DNA of 64,000 nt from a virus (lineage: Duplodnaviria; Heunggongvirae; Uroviricota; Caudoviricetes): IMG/VR virus record IMGVR_UViG_3300028840_006985. The stretch is one strand, 5' to 3'. Under the pieces are notes generated by a model. That model saw only the letters and a program-made list of their open reading frames with translations. It was not told the DNA's origin and ran no database searches. Both the position numbers and the translations under genes were made by a program. This document shows positions 46,443 to 56,534 of the stretch, one piece after another (within the stretch, counting starts at the first letter, position 1; each line of letters begins with the position of its first letter).

Positions 46443-46460
46443 AAAGGGGAAAAATAAAAT

Positions 46461-46889
46461 ATGCCTTTTACAAGCAAAATGAGTTTTCAATATCCTTCGG
46501 AGCATCAAGAGCCGTATAATGATATTTTTACAGGATTAATGAATTCGATTGATTCTTCTGTTTACGCGTTAAGGGAAGATGCACATATTACATTGTTGGG
46601 TGGTGGGACATTAGCTTTAACGCTTGCTACTAATACGTTTTCTTGGAGTGCTGATTTAATTGTTGTTAGTTCATTAAATGGAGCAAGTAGAACGATTACG
46701 ACTGACAGTTTAGTAGTAACGGAAGGACAATCTGTTTATGCCGTTATTAGTAGGCCGATAACAGGGACGGGGACATTAACATTGCAAGCAGCGTCTGGAG
46801 TAGGAACAGATCATGATAAGCTGTTTTTAGGTGTTCGGGTAAACGATGACTTATATCTTAAAGATGGTACAAAAATAACTGGTACATAA
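46461..46889 (+). CDS. putative baseplate/tail-associated protein
   Basis: 142 aa, beta-rich, between J and I-like genes. Confidence 0.6.
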   Translation: MPFTSKMSFQYPSEHQEPYNDIFTGLMNSIDSSVYALREDAHITLLGGGTLALTLATNTFSWSADLIVVSSLNGASRTITTDSLVVTEGQSVYAVISRPITGTGTLTLQAASGVGTDHDKLFLGVRVNDDLYLKDGTKITGT

Positions 46890-46890
46890 C

Positions 46891-47376
46891 ATGACTTTAA
46901 CATCGCATGGATTTGGACACCAACCATTTGGTGATCGTCCTTTTGGTCACGATGATTGGGCTTATATGGTGTTGTATGAGTCTCTTCCTGAGCATTATAT
47001 AGAGGAAGATGCTAACAATGATTACTTGTATCAGAAGTTTATCACAGCCATATCTCAGTCCTTTAATGAGATGCAAGCGTTAATTCAAAGATATACAACA
47101 TTATCTAATCCTGATGAGATCAGGACTGATTTAATAAAGCACTTAGCTGATAATTTTGGGGTGGAGATAGATGATTATAATCCTGATGATTATCAAAGGA
47201 TGGCTATAAAAATAGCAACAAGATTTAATATTATCAAAGGAACAGTTAAATCGTTTGAAACATTAGCGGCAATTTATGGATTCGATGTTGAAGTGACAGA
47301 ACTTTGGTGGGATGGGACAGATTACACGTCAGAAGAACCGTGGATTCTAAATGAATATGTCGGAACTATTGGGTAA
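46891..47376 (+). CDS. baseplate protein I/gp7-like
   Basis: SLPE.Y, LIKHLA.NFG, KGT.KSFE.LA.IYG. Confidence 0.75.
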   Translation: MTLTSHGFGHQPFGDRPFGHDDWAYMVLYESLPEHYIEEDANNDYLYQKFITAISQSFNEMQALIQRYTTLSNPDEIRTDLIKHLADNFGVEIDDYNPDDYQRMAIKIATRFNIIKGTVKSFETLAAIYGFDVEVTELWWDGTDYTSEEPWILNEYVGTIG

Positions 47377-47425
47377 GTTGATTAGTCAGTTTTTTTCATA
47401 GTATCGTGTTGGCGGAGGATGAAAA

Positions 47426-47767
47426 ATGAAAGATTTGATTAAGCATTTTAATTTTGAAAACAATAGTTTAACTGTGATTGAGATTGATGGACAACCCTGG
47501 TTTATAGCTCGCGAGATAGGTCGAATTCTGGAATATTCAGAGGATGGGAAAAGGCTCTTGAAAAATATTTTTGACGAGTGGAAGGATGAATTCGATGATG
47601 ATATGATTTGTAAACTTGAAGGTGAAAAACTAAAGCAATTTAAAGAATTTTTACGAGTACCGAATTCCGGCACTCGTCAAGATACTGATTTTACTAGAGT
47701 AAATAGTTTGCTTCTCCTTTCAGAGCAAGGCGAAGATTTTGAGTATTATGGAATGAAAAAGAGTTAA
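47426..47767 (+). CDS. Bro-N domain protein, C-terminally truncated
   Basis: FNFENNSL.VI.IDGQPWFIAREIG.ILEY...LLLLSEQG. Confidence 0.75.
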   Translation: MKDLIKHFNFENNSLTVIEIDGQPWFIAREIGRILEYSEDGKRLLKNIFDEWKDEFDDDMICKLEGEKLKQFKEFLRVPNSGTRQDTDFTRVNSLLLLSEQGEDFEYYGMKKS

Positions 47768-47786
47768 GGTAAGGACAGGGAACAGT

Positions 47787-50357
47787 ATGTATAAAGGCAA
47801 AGGTATTTTAGGAGTTTCAGGAGCTTTTAGAGTTGTCAACTTGGATGCTCGAGGGATAAAGGGAACTGGGAAAAATGGTGCAATTGAATTGCATGATTTG
47901 ATGGAGAAGGATAAGAGGGGAAATTATATTCCTAAAGATTCGAATCGGGTTGTAGCGGATAAAAGGTTTAAGAATAAATTCACGAAGCGTGGATTATCCA
48001 GAATGCTTCATGAGTTATTAAAAGGTCATCCAGGCGGTCCTTATGTGCCTTCTGATATTACTTATGGACAAACGAGGAATCCTTTTCAAGCATTTTTTGT
48101 TGCGGCGGATAGTCCTACAACGGATGGAAAGCTTGGTGATAAAAAGGTCCTTTTTAATGAAAGTGACAATCAATATAACGATCGAATCTCATCGGATAAT
48201 ACGACTCCAGGTGAGGGGAGGCGGGCGGTACTATTAAGCGACGCAACTGGTGAGTTAAAAACTATTTCAAAAGAGTATCGTAGTACTAATCCATATGGAG
48301 AGGCCGAGTTCATATTTTATGCTCAGCCAACAACTACTTATGCATCGTCTACAGGAACCATTAATGTTGTAGATGGGGCATCATTATTAGATACGGATTA
48401 TTTTACAATTGATGATGGTTTTCATAATTCATTAGATTTTGAATTTGACAGTGATGGATCATGGACTGAACGTAAAAGGCCAGTATCTTACACTGGGGCT
48501 GACACGGTTGATGATGTTAAGGATTCTATAATAGCTGAAATCAATGGAAGCGAGTTATATATAACTGCGTCTGATGGCGGGGTAGGGGTAGTAAACCTTA
48601 CGCATGATATACCAGGCACAGTTCATCAAAGGACTATAACTGAGAATGTTGCTAACGTTGGTTTTACAGTTAGTGGAATGAGTGCTGGGGTGGCAAACGA
48701 GGCAGGAAATAATAAATATATAGATAATTTTCCTATTACTGGTGTTGGATTAGCTTATGGCGTAAATTGCGGGAATGGGGAGGCGGACAATCAGACAGGT
48801 GTTCGGTCTATTGTTGGGTTGGCAGGAACTTTTCAAGGAATTTCGGATAGAGTTTATCAACATGAGGCTCAGGCTCAAGGGGTTGATTTAGATGAATATA
48901 CGTATCCTGATTTGGTTACAACTATTACTAATGATGGATATGTTTCGAATAGTAAATTAGCAGAGGTACAGGTTGATTCAGATATTTCTGGCGATGCCAA
49001 TGACAATATTAATGCTACAACTAGAATAATTACATTTAAGCGTAGTAACGTTATAGCGGCATTAACAACTACTTATGGTTTTAACAAAGATGCCCATCTT
49101 AGAAAAACTTTAAGGATTAGTAATTCAACTGATCCAAACAATAATAGAGATTATACAATTGAAGCAATCTTGAGCGAGTGGATGGTAAAGGTTTTTGAAA
49201 CCCCTAATTCCACAGTAACTGAAAATTTTATGGCTGCTGGGGATGGAGTTTATACAGTATATAATGCTTCGAAAATGTTTGATGGGAGGGTAGAAAATGA
49301 GGGAAGGACAAAAGGGGTGGACGCCGGATTTGGTAATGGAACAACGGATAATTTTTCGGTAGCTGGCAATTTAGTTACATTAACGATTGGGGGCGCCAGT
49401 TGGACCTCCAGCATAATAGGAAGTTTTATTACAATAACTGGATTTACTAAAGATGATAATGATGATGGGACTATATCATCTGGGAATAATGGGACATTTT
49501 TAATAGAGGCAGTACCAAGTGGTACTACTTTACAATATCGAAATAATTATGCAGTGTCAGAGCTTTATGGTGGAGGATACAATATTAACGATGCAGACGA
49601 GCCTGGGGATGTTGTGTTGGGTGAATATTTTGCTTCAACAGATGGGGCGGGTCCTCATATGTGTGGCAGGGTTTGGAGTGCTCAAAAGAATTTAACGGGA
49701 ATTAGGGTAGTTTTTCCGTCGGGTCAAAATAAAATTTTCTGTCCGGATCTGTTTAAGATTGATGTTTTGACAGGGACGAAACCGGGCGATGATAGCGATT
49801 GGACAGAAGTAGCGGATTACAGTGCATCGTCTCAATCTAGCAATATTTACAATGGTGGGGCATACGGGTACGAATATACGTTTTCACAAATTGCTTGTTA
49901 TGGAGTGAGGCTGTCGGCAGTGACAGCTAATGATCCTTCCAGGGGGATAAAAGTTTCGGCATTGATGGCTTTTGAACAAATGAGTAGTGTTTCTTTTTCT
50001 GGTGATACTTTAAGGTTTGCTACTGATGGTGTCCCAACTTATTATGACTATGATTTACCCAATATGGTTGCTACTACTGATGTGAATGATATTGTTGATG
50101 CAATTAATCAGGCAGTAAGGGCGTACGGAGTAGAAGCCTACAGATCAACTATGGGGTATTTATGGTTTAGGGCTACGGTGGCCGGCAAAAGAAGTTTTAT
50201 AGATCTTGATAATGGTGCGGGGATTAATACAAAACTTGGGCTAACCAACGACTCAAAAAGGGGAGTAACACAAGAAATAAGGAAGTCACCTCATGAAGCG
50301 TTAGTAATAATATATAGAATAGATTTAACTGGCAACGTTCCAGGTGGATGGGTTTAA
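47787..50357 (+). CDS. large tail collar/fibre-attachment protein with discoidin-like insert
   Basis: N-terminal KNKFTKRGL..MLHELL and C-terminal IRKSPHEALVIIYRI bracket beta-rich modules incl. GIRVVF..WTEV..YGVRL. Confidence 0.65.
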   Translation: MYKGKGILGVSGAFRVVNLDARGIKGTGKNGAIELHDLMEKDKRGNYIPKDSNRVVADKRFKNKFTKRGLSRMLHELLKGHPGGPYVPSDITYGQTRNPFQAFFVAADSPTTDGKLGDKKVLFNESDNQYNDRISSDNTTPGEGRRAVLLSDATGELKTISKEYRSTNPYGEAEFIFYAQPTTTYASSTGTINVVDGASLLDTDYFTIDDGFHNSLDFEFDSDGSWTERKRPVSYTGADTVDDVKDSIIAEINGSELYITASDGGVGVVNLTHDIPGTVHQRTITENVANVGFTVSGMSAGVANEAGNNKYIDNFPITGVGLAYGVNCGNGEADNQTGVRSIVGLAGTFQGISDRVYQHEAQAQGVDLDEYTYPDLVTTITNDGYVSNSKLAEVQVDSDISGDANDNINATTRIITFKRSNVIAALTTTYGFNKDAHLRKTLRISNSTDPNNNRDYTIEAILSEWMVKVFETPNSTVTENFMAAGDGVYTVYNASKMFDGRVENEGRTKGVDAGFGNGTTDNFSVAGNLVTLTIGGASWTSSIIGSFITITGFTKDDNDDGTISSGNNGTFLIEAVPSGTTLQYRNNYAVSELYGGGYNINDADEPGDVVLGEYFASTDGAGPHMCGRVWSAQKNLTGIRVVFPSGQNKIFCPDLFKIDVLTGTKPGDDSDWTEVADYSASSQSSNIYNGGAYGYEYTFSQIACYGVRLSAVTANDPSRGIKVSALMAFEQMSSVSFSGDTLRFATDGVPTYYDYDLPNMVATTDVNDIVDAINQAVRAYGVEAYRSTMGYLWFRATVAGKRSFIDLDNGAGINTKLGLTNDSKRGVTQEIRKSPHEALVIIYRIDLTGNVPGGWV

Positions 50358-50427
50358 TATGTTGGCTTATTTTTTAGGATTTTTGTTTATTATATTATTG
50401 GCAATATTGATTTGGGTATAGATATTA

Positions 50428-51090
50428 ATGAATGGTTTTTTTGATATAAAACTTATCGATGTAAACGGTATGAGCGATGTTGAAGTTGTTAACTATGTTA
50501 GTAAATTTGGCGCAGATGCTTTATGTAAAAATTTTAAATTAAAACAATATTATGCATGTAGGAATCGGATTTTTCATATGGTTCCTGCTTTATTATTAAA
50601 ACATATGTTTGGTTTAGGTGATTTAGGGAATAATTGGGATCAACAAATTACTGAGCACAGTTCTCATGTTGCTGGAATGTGTTTTATTAATTTAAGCTCT
50701 CATACTTCTGATACAACATCTTATACTGAAACTTATCATCAGGCTAAAAACACAAGTATTCATTCGGTAGAAAGTAGTGTAAATACTAGTAATGGTAGCA
50801 AGTATTTTATGTCAAATGTGATCGAAGATTATAGACTGTATGCGGATATTGATTCAGATAGGATAGTTTTTAAGGATAAGTTTTTATATGTGCCTTCGCA
50901 GAGCAATTCAGGAAGTATTAGAAATATTAGTATCTACTTTCGTGGAGTATACGCCACATTGGGGTGGACATGGAATAAAAGAATTGGGAGGGCCAGAATA
51001 AAGGATGAAGATGGTAATTTGACTCAAATTGTAAAGAATGATGGGGAAGCCCTATTATTCGAGTATACTTTTACATTAGTAAGTATTTAA
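50428..51090 (+). CDS. tail-collar-type paralog 1
   Basis: NRIF..LL..MFG, FINLS, IVFKDKFLY, RIGRARIKD..GN, FEYTFTLVSI. Confidence 0.7.
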   Translation: MNGFFDIKLIDVNGMSDVEVVNYVSKFGADALCKNFKLKQYYACRNRIFHMVPALLLKHMFGLGDLGNNWDQQITEHSSHVAGMCFINLSSHTSDTTSYTETYHQAKNTSIHSVESSVNTSNGSKYFMSNVIEDYRLYADIDSDRIVFKDKFLYVPSQSNSGSIRNISIYFRGVYATLGWTWNKRIGRARIKDEDGNLTQIVKNDGEALLFEYTFTLVSI

Positions 51091-51238
51091 AAATGGAAGA
51101 ATTTAAAAAATATTTTGATGATTTTATCGATGAATATTATCAATTGCAGGATGTTAATAGGATAGTTGTTAAAAAAATTGGTGAAATAAATAAAATATTG
51201 GATAATTTTTTGGATGATTTGAACGAGAGGGAAGATTA

Positions 51239-51913
51239 ATGAACGGGGTTGTGGAAGTTAAGAAATATGATAGCGGTGGTTTTTCTGATGAGCATTTCGA
51301 GAAAACCATTAAGGATGGAACATTTGGACAGTTGCTTAAAGGGCTTGAACTTAAACAGGAAATAGTTTGTAAAAATCGAATTTTTGATAATGTTGCCGGG
51401 TATTTGTTGGATTTTTTGTTTGGGTTAGGCAATTGCGCATATCCATATTATGATGCTCCTTCTTCGCATTCGATGTTGACTTATATTAATCTTTCCACTT
51501 TAGATACTGATACAACGACTTATACTGAAGATTGGTATTCAGACTGGAATACAACCAACAATGGTGTTGCAGGTTCTGCTAGTACTAGTTCTGCTTCTAA
51601 ATTTTTTATTAGAGAAGCGACTGATGGTGCATATAATACTTCAATAAAGTCAGATGTTCGCAGGGAATCTATTATTTTTAGGAGTAGTTTTGTATATTTA
51701 TCAAGAGAATGCATATCTGATAATATAAATGGATTTTGTATTTTATTTCATAATGATACTGACTCTTATAATCATACTGCTTCATCATATAATAAGCGTG
51801 GCAGGATTGGCAGGGTAAGATTTAAGGACGATGATGGTAATAATGTAACCTTAACTAAGAATTCAGAAGAAATAATAACTTTTGACTATATTTTTACATT
51901 AGTTAGTTTTTGA
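51239..51913 (+). CDS. tail-collar-type paralog 2
   Basis: Same motifs as paralog 1. Confidence 0.7.
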   Translation: MNGVVEVKKYDSGGFSDEHFEKTIKDGTFGQLLKGLELKQEIVCKNRIFDNVAGYLLDFLFGLGNCAYPYYDAPSSHSMLTYINLSTLDTDTTTYTEDWYSDWNTTNNGVAGSASTSSASKFFIREATDGAYNTSIKSDVRRESIIFRSSFVYLSRECISDNINGFCILFHNDTDSYNHTASSYNKRGRIGRVRFKDDDGNNVTLTKNSEEIITFDYIFTLVSF

Positions 51914-52431
51914 AAATTATGATTTTTGACAATATGGCCGGATATATATTTGATAATTTATTTGGATTGTCTGCATGTGATAGTCCTTATAATGATACAG
52001 GAGGGGGAGTTGCGGCGTTAGGTTTTATTTGTTTATTAAGTACTGTTGATGAGTCTTTTTATACGGAAAATTGGACAGGGACGGCTAGTCCAAACATTCA
52101 CAGTGTTAGTGATTCGGTGGATAATACTTATGGTGCTAAAAGGTTTATAGAGGATAGCTTAGGAAATTATGACATTTGGTTTGATGGGGATAGGGAAGAA
52201 ATAAGTTTTAAAGATTCGTTTTTATATTCTTCAGAAGAGTGTATCTCTAGTTCTATAGAGAGTATTGGTATTTTTTTTAGCGCTAATGCTGATGCTACAA
52301 CAGGAGGACATGATATAGCTCGAATAGGAAGAGTAAAAAACAAAGATGGCGGTGGAATTCCTATAACGAGTGAAAAAATAAGTGGTCAAGTGGTTTTGGT
52401 TGATTACGTTTTTAGCTTGGTAACATTCTAA
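51910..52431 (+). CDS. tail-collar-type paralog 3 (N-terminally shorter)
   Basis: IFDNMAGY..LFG, ISFKDSFLY, RIGRVK, DYVFSLVTF. Confidence 0.7.
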   Translation: MKIMIFDNMAGYIFDNLFGLSACDSPYNDTGGGVAALGFICLLSTVDESFYTENWTGTASPNIHSVSDSVDNTYGAKRFIEDSLGNYDIWFDGDREEISFKDSFLYSSEECISSSIESIGIFFSANADATTGGHDIARIGRVKNKDGGGIPITSEKISGQVVLVDYVFSLVTF

Positions 52432-53120
52432 TGAGTGGTTTTTTTATTATAAAATTATTAAATGTTGGCAATTTAACGGATGAGGATTTTCTTGTAGTTG
52501 AAAAGCAAGGAAATTTAAAAAAGTTAATTGATAGTTTTGAAATAGAAAAAGAGATTTCTATTCAAAATAGAATATTTGATGGGGCGGCGGCCTACTTGTT
52601 GCAGGAATTATTTGTAAAAGCTACATCTAAATTTCCTTGGTCCGATCACTATGGTAATAGTGCTATGGCGTTATTGGGGTTTATTTGTATGTTAAATATT
52701 GATTCCGAACCAGCAAGTTATACTGTAGAGTGGACAGGGAGTTTACCGTTTGATACTGGATACATTCACGATGTTGCCAATTCGGTAAATACTAATAATA
52801 CAAATGGTGCTGCAAAAAGGTTTATAGAAGATCAGATGTTTGATTATGAAGTTATATCGTCAGACATTCGTGAAGAAATTTCATTTAGAAATGCTTTTAT
52901 GTATACAACTGATCAATGTAATGGAAGTAACATTAGGAGTATTGGAGTTTTTGGCAATGCTACAGATGCAGATGCCTTATTTTCTCCTTGGCCTAACTAT
53001 ATGGATGTGGAAAGGAGTGCTAGGGTAAGATTGAAGGAGAATGGGTCACCGATAACATTTGATAAAACTAATAATCAAATGTTGTTTGTTCAGTATGAAT
53101 TGAAAATTGTTAATATGTGA
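52431..53120 (+). CDS. tail-collar-type paralog 4
   Basis: NRIFDGAAAYLL, ISFRNAFMY, ARVRLKE, QYELKIV. Confidence 0.7.
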   Translation: MSGFFIIKLLNVGNLTDEDFLVVEKQGNLKKLIDSFEIEKEISIQNRIFDGAAAYLLQELFVKATSKFPWSDHYGNSAMALLGFICMLNIDSEPASYTVEWTGSLPFDTGYIHDVANSVNTNNTNGAAKRFIEDQMFDYEVISSDIREEISFRNAFMYTTDQCNGSNIRSIGVFGNATDADALFSPWPNYMDVERSARVRLKENGSPITFDKTNNQMLFVQYELKIVNM

Positions 53121-53127
53121 GATATCT

Positions 53128-54024
53128 ATGAATTCACCGATAAGATGGCTTGGTGGCAAAGGTAACATAAAGAAGCAGATATTACCATTTTTTACAGAAC
53201 ATGTAACATATGTAGAGCCTTTTGGAGGTGGAGCAAGTTTATTACTTGCGAAAACGCCTTCAAGGGTAGAAGTTTACAATGATATAGATAGCGGGTTAAT
53301 TAATTTTTTTAGAGTTTTAAGAGACAGGGATAAATTTAAAGAGTTTTATAGGCAAGTTCAACTGATACCCTATTCTAGGGAGGAATTTAATTATTGCAGA
53401 GATGTGTGGGAGGATGACGAAGATGAAGTTGGCAGAGCTGTTAAGTGGTTTGTGGTGGCTAGACAGTCATTTGGTGGTGGTGTTGTACAAAGAATATTAG
53501 AAAATGGTAAAACTCATAAAAAGGGTTGGGGTAATGCAATAACTAGTTCATGTAGAAATATGGCTGACACAGTTTCAACATGGTTATCATGTATAGAGAT
53601 GTTACCAGAAATACATAAGAGGTTGAGGGTAGTGCAAATTGAACATAAAGATTTTAGAGAAGTTATAAAGCAGTACGACACGGAGAATACTCTATTTTAT
53701 TGTGATCCTCCTTATGTTGCAGATACTAGACAGGCTGTAACTTATAAGCATGAGTTAGACAATCAAGATCATAAAGATTTGATAGACATGTTATTACAAG
53801 TAGAGGGTAAAGTTATTTTAAGCTGTTATTATAGTAATATTTATAAACCGTTAGTAGATAATAAATGGGTAAGACATGATATAAAAACAGCTTGTTATGT
53901 AGTAGCTAGAACAAAGCAGACAGGTCTATTAGGAAAGGGTGTTCTGTTAAAAAATCAGTCAAGGACTGAGACTATATTGATAAATAATAATCATAAAGAA
54001 GAAACATTATTTGATTTAGTTTAA
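53128..54024 (+). CDS. dam: DNA adenine methyltransferase (Dam/D12 class)
   Basis: SPIRWLGGK, YVEPFGGGASL, YNDID, FYCDPPY. Confidence 0.9.
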   Translation: MNSPIRWLGGKGNIKKQILPFFTEHVTYVEPFGGGASLLLAKTPSRVEVYNDIDSGLINFFRVLRDRDKFKEFYRQVQLIPYSREEFNYCRDVWEDDEDEVGRAVKWFVVARQSFGGGVVQRILENGKTHKKGWGNAITSSCRNMADTVSTWLSCIEMLPEIHKRLRVVQIEHKDFREVIKQYDTENTLFYCDPPYVADTRQAVTYKHELDNQDHKDLIDMLLQVEGKVILSCYYSNIYKPLVDNKWVRHDIKTACYVVARTKQTGLLGKGVLLKNQSRTETILINNNHKEETLFDLV

Positions 54025-54026
54025 GT

Positions 54027-56492
54027 ATGAGTTACGATAGAATTATAGTCGATTATTTATCGACCTCTAATCCTCCAACGGTAACAAGTAATCCATTATT
54101 TGTTTATTGGTTTGATAGTACAGCGTTTTCGTTGTTGGATAGAACGGGACAAGGGAGAGATTTAACTGTAGAATCTGGATCGGCGAGTTATGAGACGGAA
54201 ATATATAGTGGGCTTGTAGGGATTGATTTAAGCGGGTGCAATTTAATTGCACCTAGTGAAGAGGCATTACGCATTGCGAAAGATAGTGGTGGAGGAGGTG
54301 ATGCATCGTTAACTGTCGAATTAGTTTTTATAAAACATGATACTTTACCGATAATTAGGTGTTATAGTTCTGGAGAATCTCTTGAGACTAATGTGTTATA
54401 TGGATTAGGTCAACATTCTGGTAGTAGTTATTTTACACAAAGTGAATATGGGGCTGGTCTAGATACGGATATTACGTTTACTTCTGATGTGATATTTGAT
54501 GAAATGATTTATCTAGCTATGACGGTTAGTTCGGATGGTCAGACGAGGAGGCTTTATTTAAATGGTAGTTTGATTGATACAATAACAACTCAGGAAGCAG
54601 AGAAAGCCACAAGTGGAAATACTCAAAGGCTTAGGTTTGACACGACAGATACTGTGCTTTTTTCGGCACGGTTAACTGCTGAAACTTTTGGTGATAGTGC
54701 TATTTATGATGCTTATGAAGATTTATTAGGGGAAGGGTCGATAGTATTACAAAAGAGTGATAATGCGGCTTGGGAGGATTATGAAGAGTTTATTAGCAGC
54801 GGAGGGGAACCTAAATATCAAGGATTTTCTTATCCAGGTGTTGGAATTGGAGTTACTCAGGAAGTTAAAAAAGGGGCTTGGGAGGATAGGGTTGAAAAAG
54901 GCGGGGGTGGAATAAGAAAACATTATCATCATTCTGATTGGGCGGCTGGGGAGATTATCCCTGGTGGTATAAGAACAAAATCTAGACAAGGAGATCGGCA
55001 GGAATTAAAAGGGGGGATAGAGGATAGAGTAGATTTTTTAAATTCAGGAGGCAATAGAAGATATAATTATCCACGCGAGACAAGCGGGGCCTTATTTAGT
55101 AGTACTTATAATAATGTGAGAAAGGATAGTGCTGCATTTGAGGACGTAGGCACTGCTCTTATTAGTAATGTTACAGATATTAATAGAACGACTAACGATA
55201 TTCATGGTTATGCACATTTTCTTTCTTCGTATAGGCCAATTGCAGCGTATATATATGATACTACTAATGAACCGTGGACTAAGCCGACTGAAAATAATTT
55301 TTCTGGTTATTCAATTGAAGGATATAAATATACAAGTGGTGTTCAAGACGCGGGGCCAGTAGAGGCACCATGGAGAACGGAGGGGGCTTCGGATTATAGG
55401 GGTCCAGATTCGGAATTTCCGAGTAAATCACTTATTATTGTTGCCAATAAAGAATTGATTATTTTTGATTTGGATAGTTATGATGGGACGGCTGCTAATC
55501 TAACTATGTGGATGAGATTTATGTTCGATGATGATAGTAATTTTAAAGCCCTTGGGCGCGGGGAGGCCAGTGTTAGATCTGTAAAAATGGTTAATGGGGT
55601 GTTGGTGGTAGGAACAGAAACTGTCATTGCAAATGGTGGAGTAATAACGATTGATTTTAAAGCTACAGGTCAAAATGTTTTTAGTTTAGTTAGAAGTGAC
55701 GGTCATTGGCAAGCGATATCTGGAAAAACAATAGCCAATAGAAATGATACAGGTGGGGTTTATACACAAACGGGTGTTAGTCCTTCGTTGAGAATAGGTC
55801 CAGAATATGTAAAAACCGTTGATGCTATTTTTGACGAGACGGATATTACTCAAATGTGGGTTGTGCTTGTTGGTGAAGATATTAGTCCTGGGGTGGTTAT
55901 GTATGTAGATAATATTGGTCAGACTTCTAATTCGGTAGTTGGTGACGATGTTGGCGAGCACAATGTTATGACTGATGGATATAGGAATTTACATTTTGAT
56001 CAGAGTGGCTGGTTATGGTTTTCTAGAGAAAATAAGATCTGGCGGAATGTTTTTGATTATAAATATGGTAGATTAACACAAAATTCATCGAGTAAAAGCA
56101 TTGATAAGATGATTGTATTTCCTTATAATGTAAGGGGATTTTTTTCTGGGAGAGATTATATTTTTGTAGTTACTGAGGGTGGGGTTTATATGTTGAACAG
56201 GGGAACAATGGATTATTGGTTGGCTTATTCGTTGACGGATTTAGGGGGTGGTGGCAATGATAATACTCCTCCAGATGGAGAAATATTAATTGGACAGTCT
56301 TTATCCTTTAGAGATGTAATGGTGTTATCAACATCGGTAACTGATTATCTTTTTATCGCTTCATGGTTATATGAAAGTTATGGAGGAAATGTTAACATTG
56401 TAAGGATGTTAGATGATAATTTGGTTAATTCTTATACTTATCCTAACTTAGATGAGGATGGATGTTTTTGGATTGTGGGGTTACCTTATTGA
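54027..56492 (+). CDS. tail fibre / receptor-binding protein with LamG-like N-domain
   Basis: LTVELVF..YLAMT...RRLYLNG; EFP...IFD.D..MWMRF C-domain shared with 57784. Confidence 0.7.
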   Translation: MSYDRIIVDYLSTSNPPTVTSNPLFVYWFDSTAFSLLDRTGQGRDLTVESGSASYETEIYSGLVGIDLSGCNLIAPSEEALRIAKDSGGGGDASLTVELVFIKHDTLPIIRCYSSGESLETNVLYGLGQHSGSSYFTQSEYGAGLDTDITFTSDVIFDEMIYLAMTVSSDGQTRRLYLNGSLIDTITTQEAEKATSGNTQRLRFDTTDTVLFSARLTAETFGDSAIYDAYEDLLGEGSIVLQKSDNAAWEDYEEFISSGGEPKYQGFSYPGVGIGVTQEVKKGAWEDRVEKGGGGIRKHYHHSDWAAGEIIPGGIRTKSRQGDRQELKGGIEDRVDFLNSGGNRRYNYPRETSGALFSSTYNNVRKDSAAFEDVGTALISNVTDINRTTNDIHGYAHFLSSYRPIAAYIYDTTNEPWTKPTENNFSGYSIEGYKYTSGVQDAGPVEAPWRTEGASDYRGPDSEFPSKSLIIVANKELIIFDLDSYDGTAANLTMWMRFMFDDDSNFKALGRGEASVRSVKMVNGVLVVGTETVIANGGVITIDFKATGQNVFSLVRSDGHWQAISGKTIANRNDTGGVYTQTGVSPSLRIGPEYVKTVDAIFDETDITQMWVVLVGEDISPGVVMYVDNIGQTSNSVVGDDVGEHNVMTDGYRNLHFDQSGWLWFSRENKIWRNVFDYKYGRLTQNSSSKSIDKMIVFPYNVRGFFSGRDYIFVVTEGGVYMLNRGTMDYWLAYSLTDLGGGGNDNTPPDGEILIGQSLSFRDVMVLSTSVTDYLFIASWLYESYGGNVNIVRMLDDNLVNSYTYPNLDEDGCFWIVGLPY

Positions 56493-56534
56493 TGGTTGGT
56501 TAATTAATTTTGTTTAGAAATTAGGCGCAAAAGA

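Noticed and set aside
11596-47376. Bacterial extracellular contractile injection system rather than a phage
   Set aside because: Sigma factor, RNA ligase, Bro-N, Dam, a 1986-aa tape measure and dense small hypothetical genes fit a phage genome; no Afp15-type AAA+ ATPase seen. Capsid genes are simply outside the window, so this is not fully excluded.
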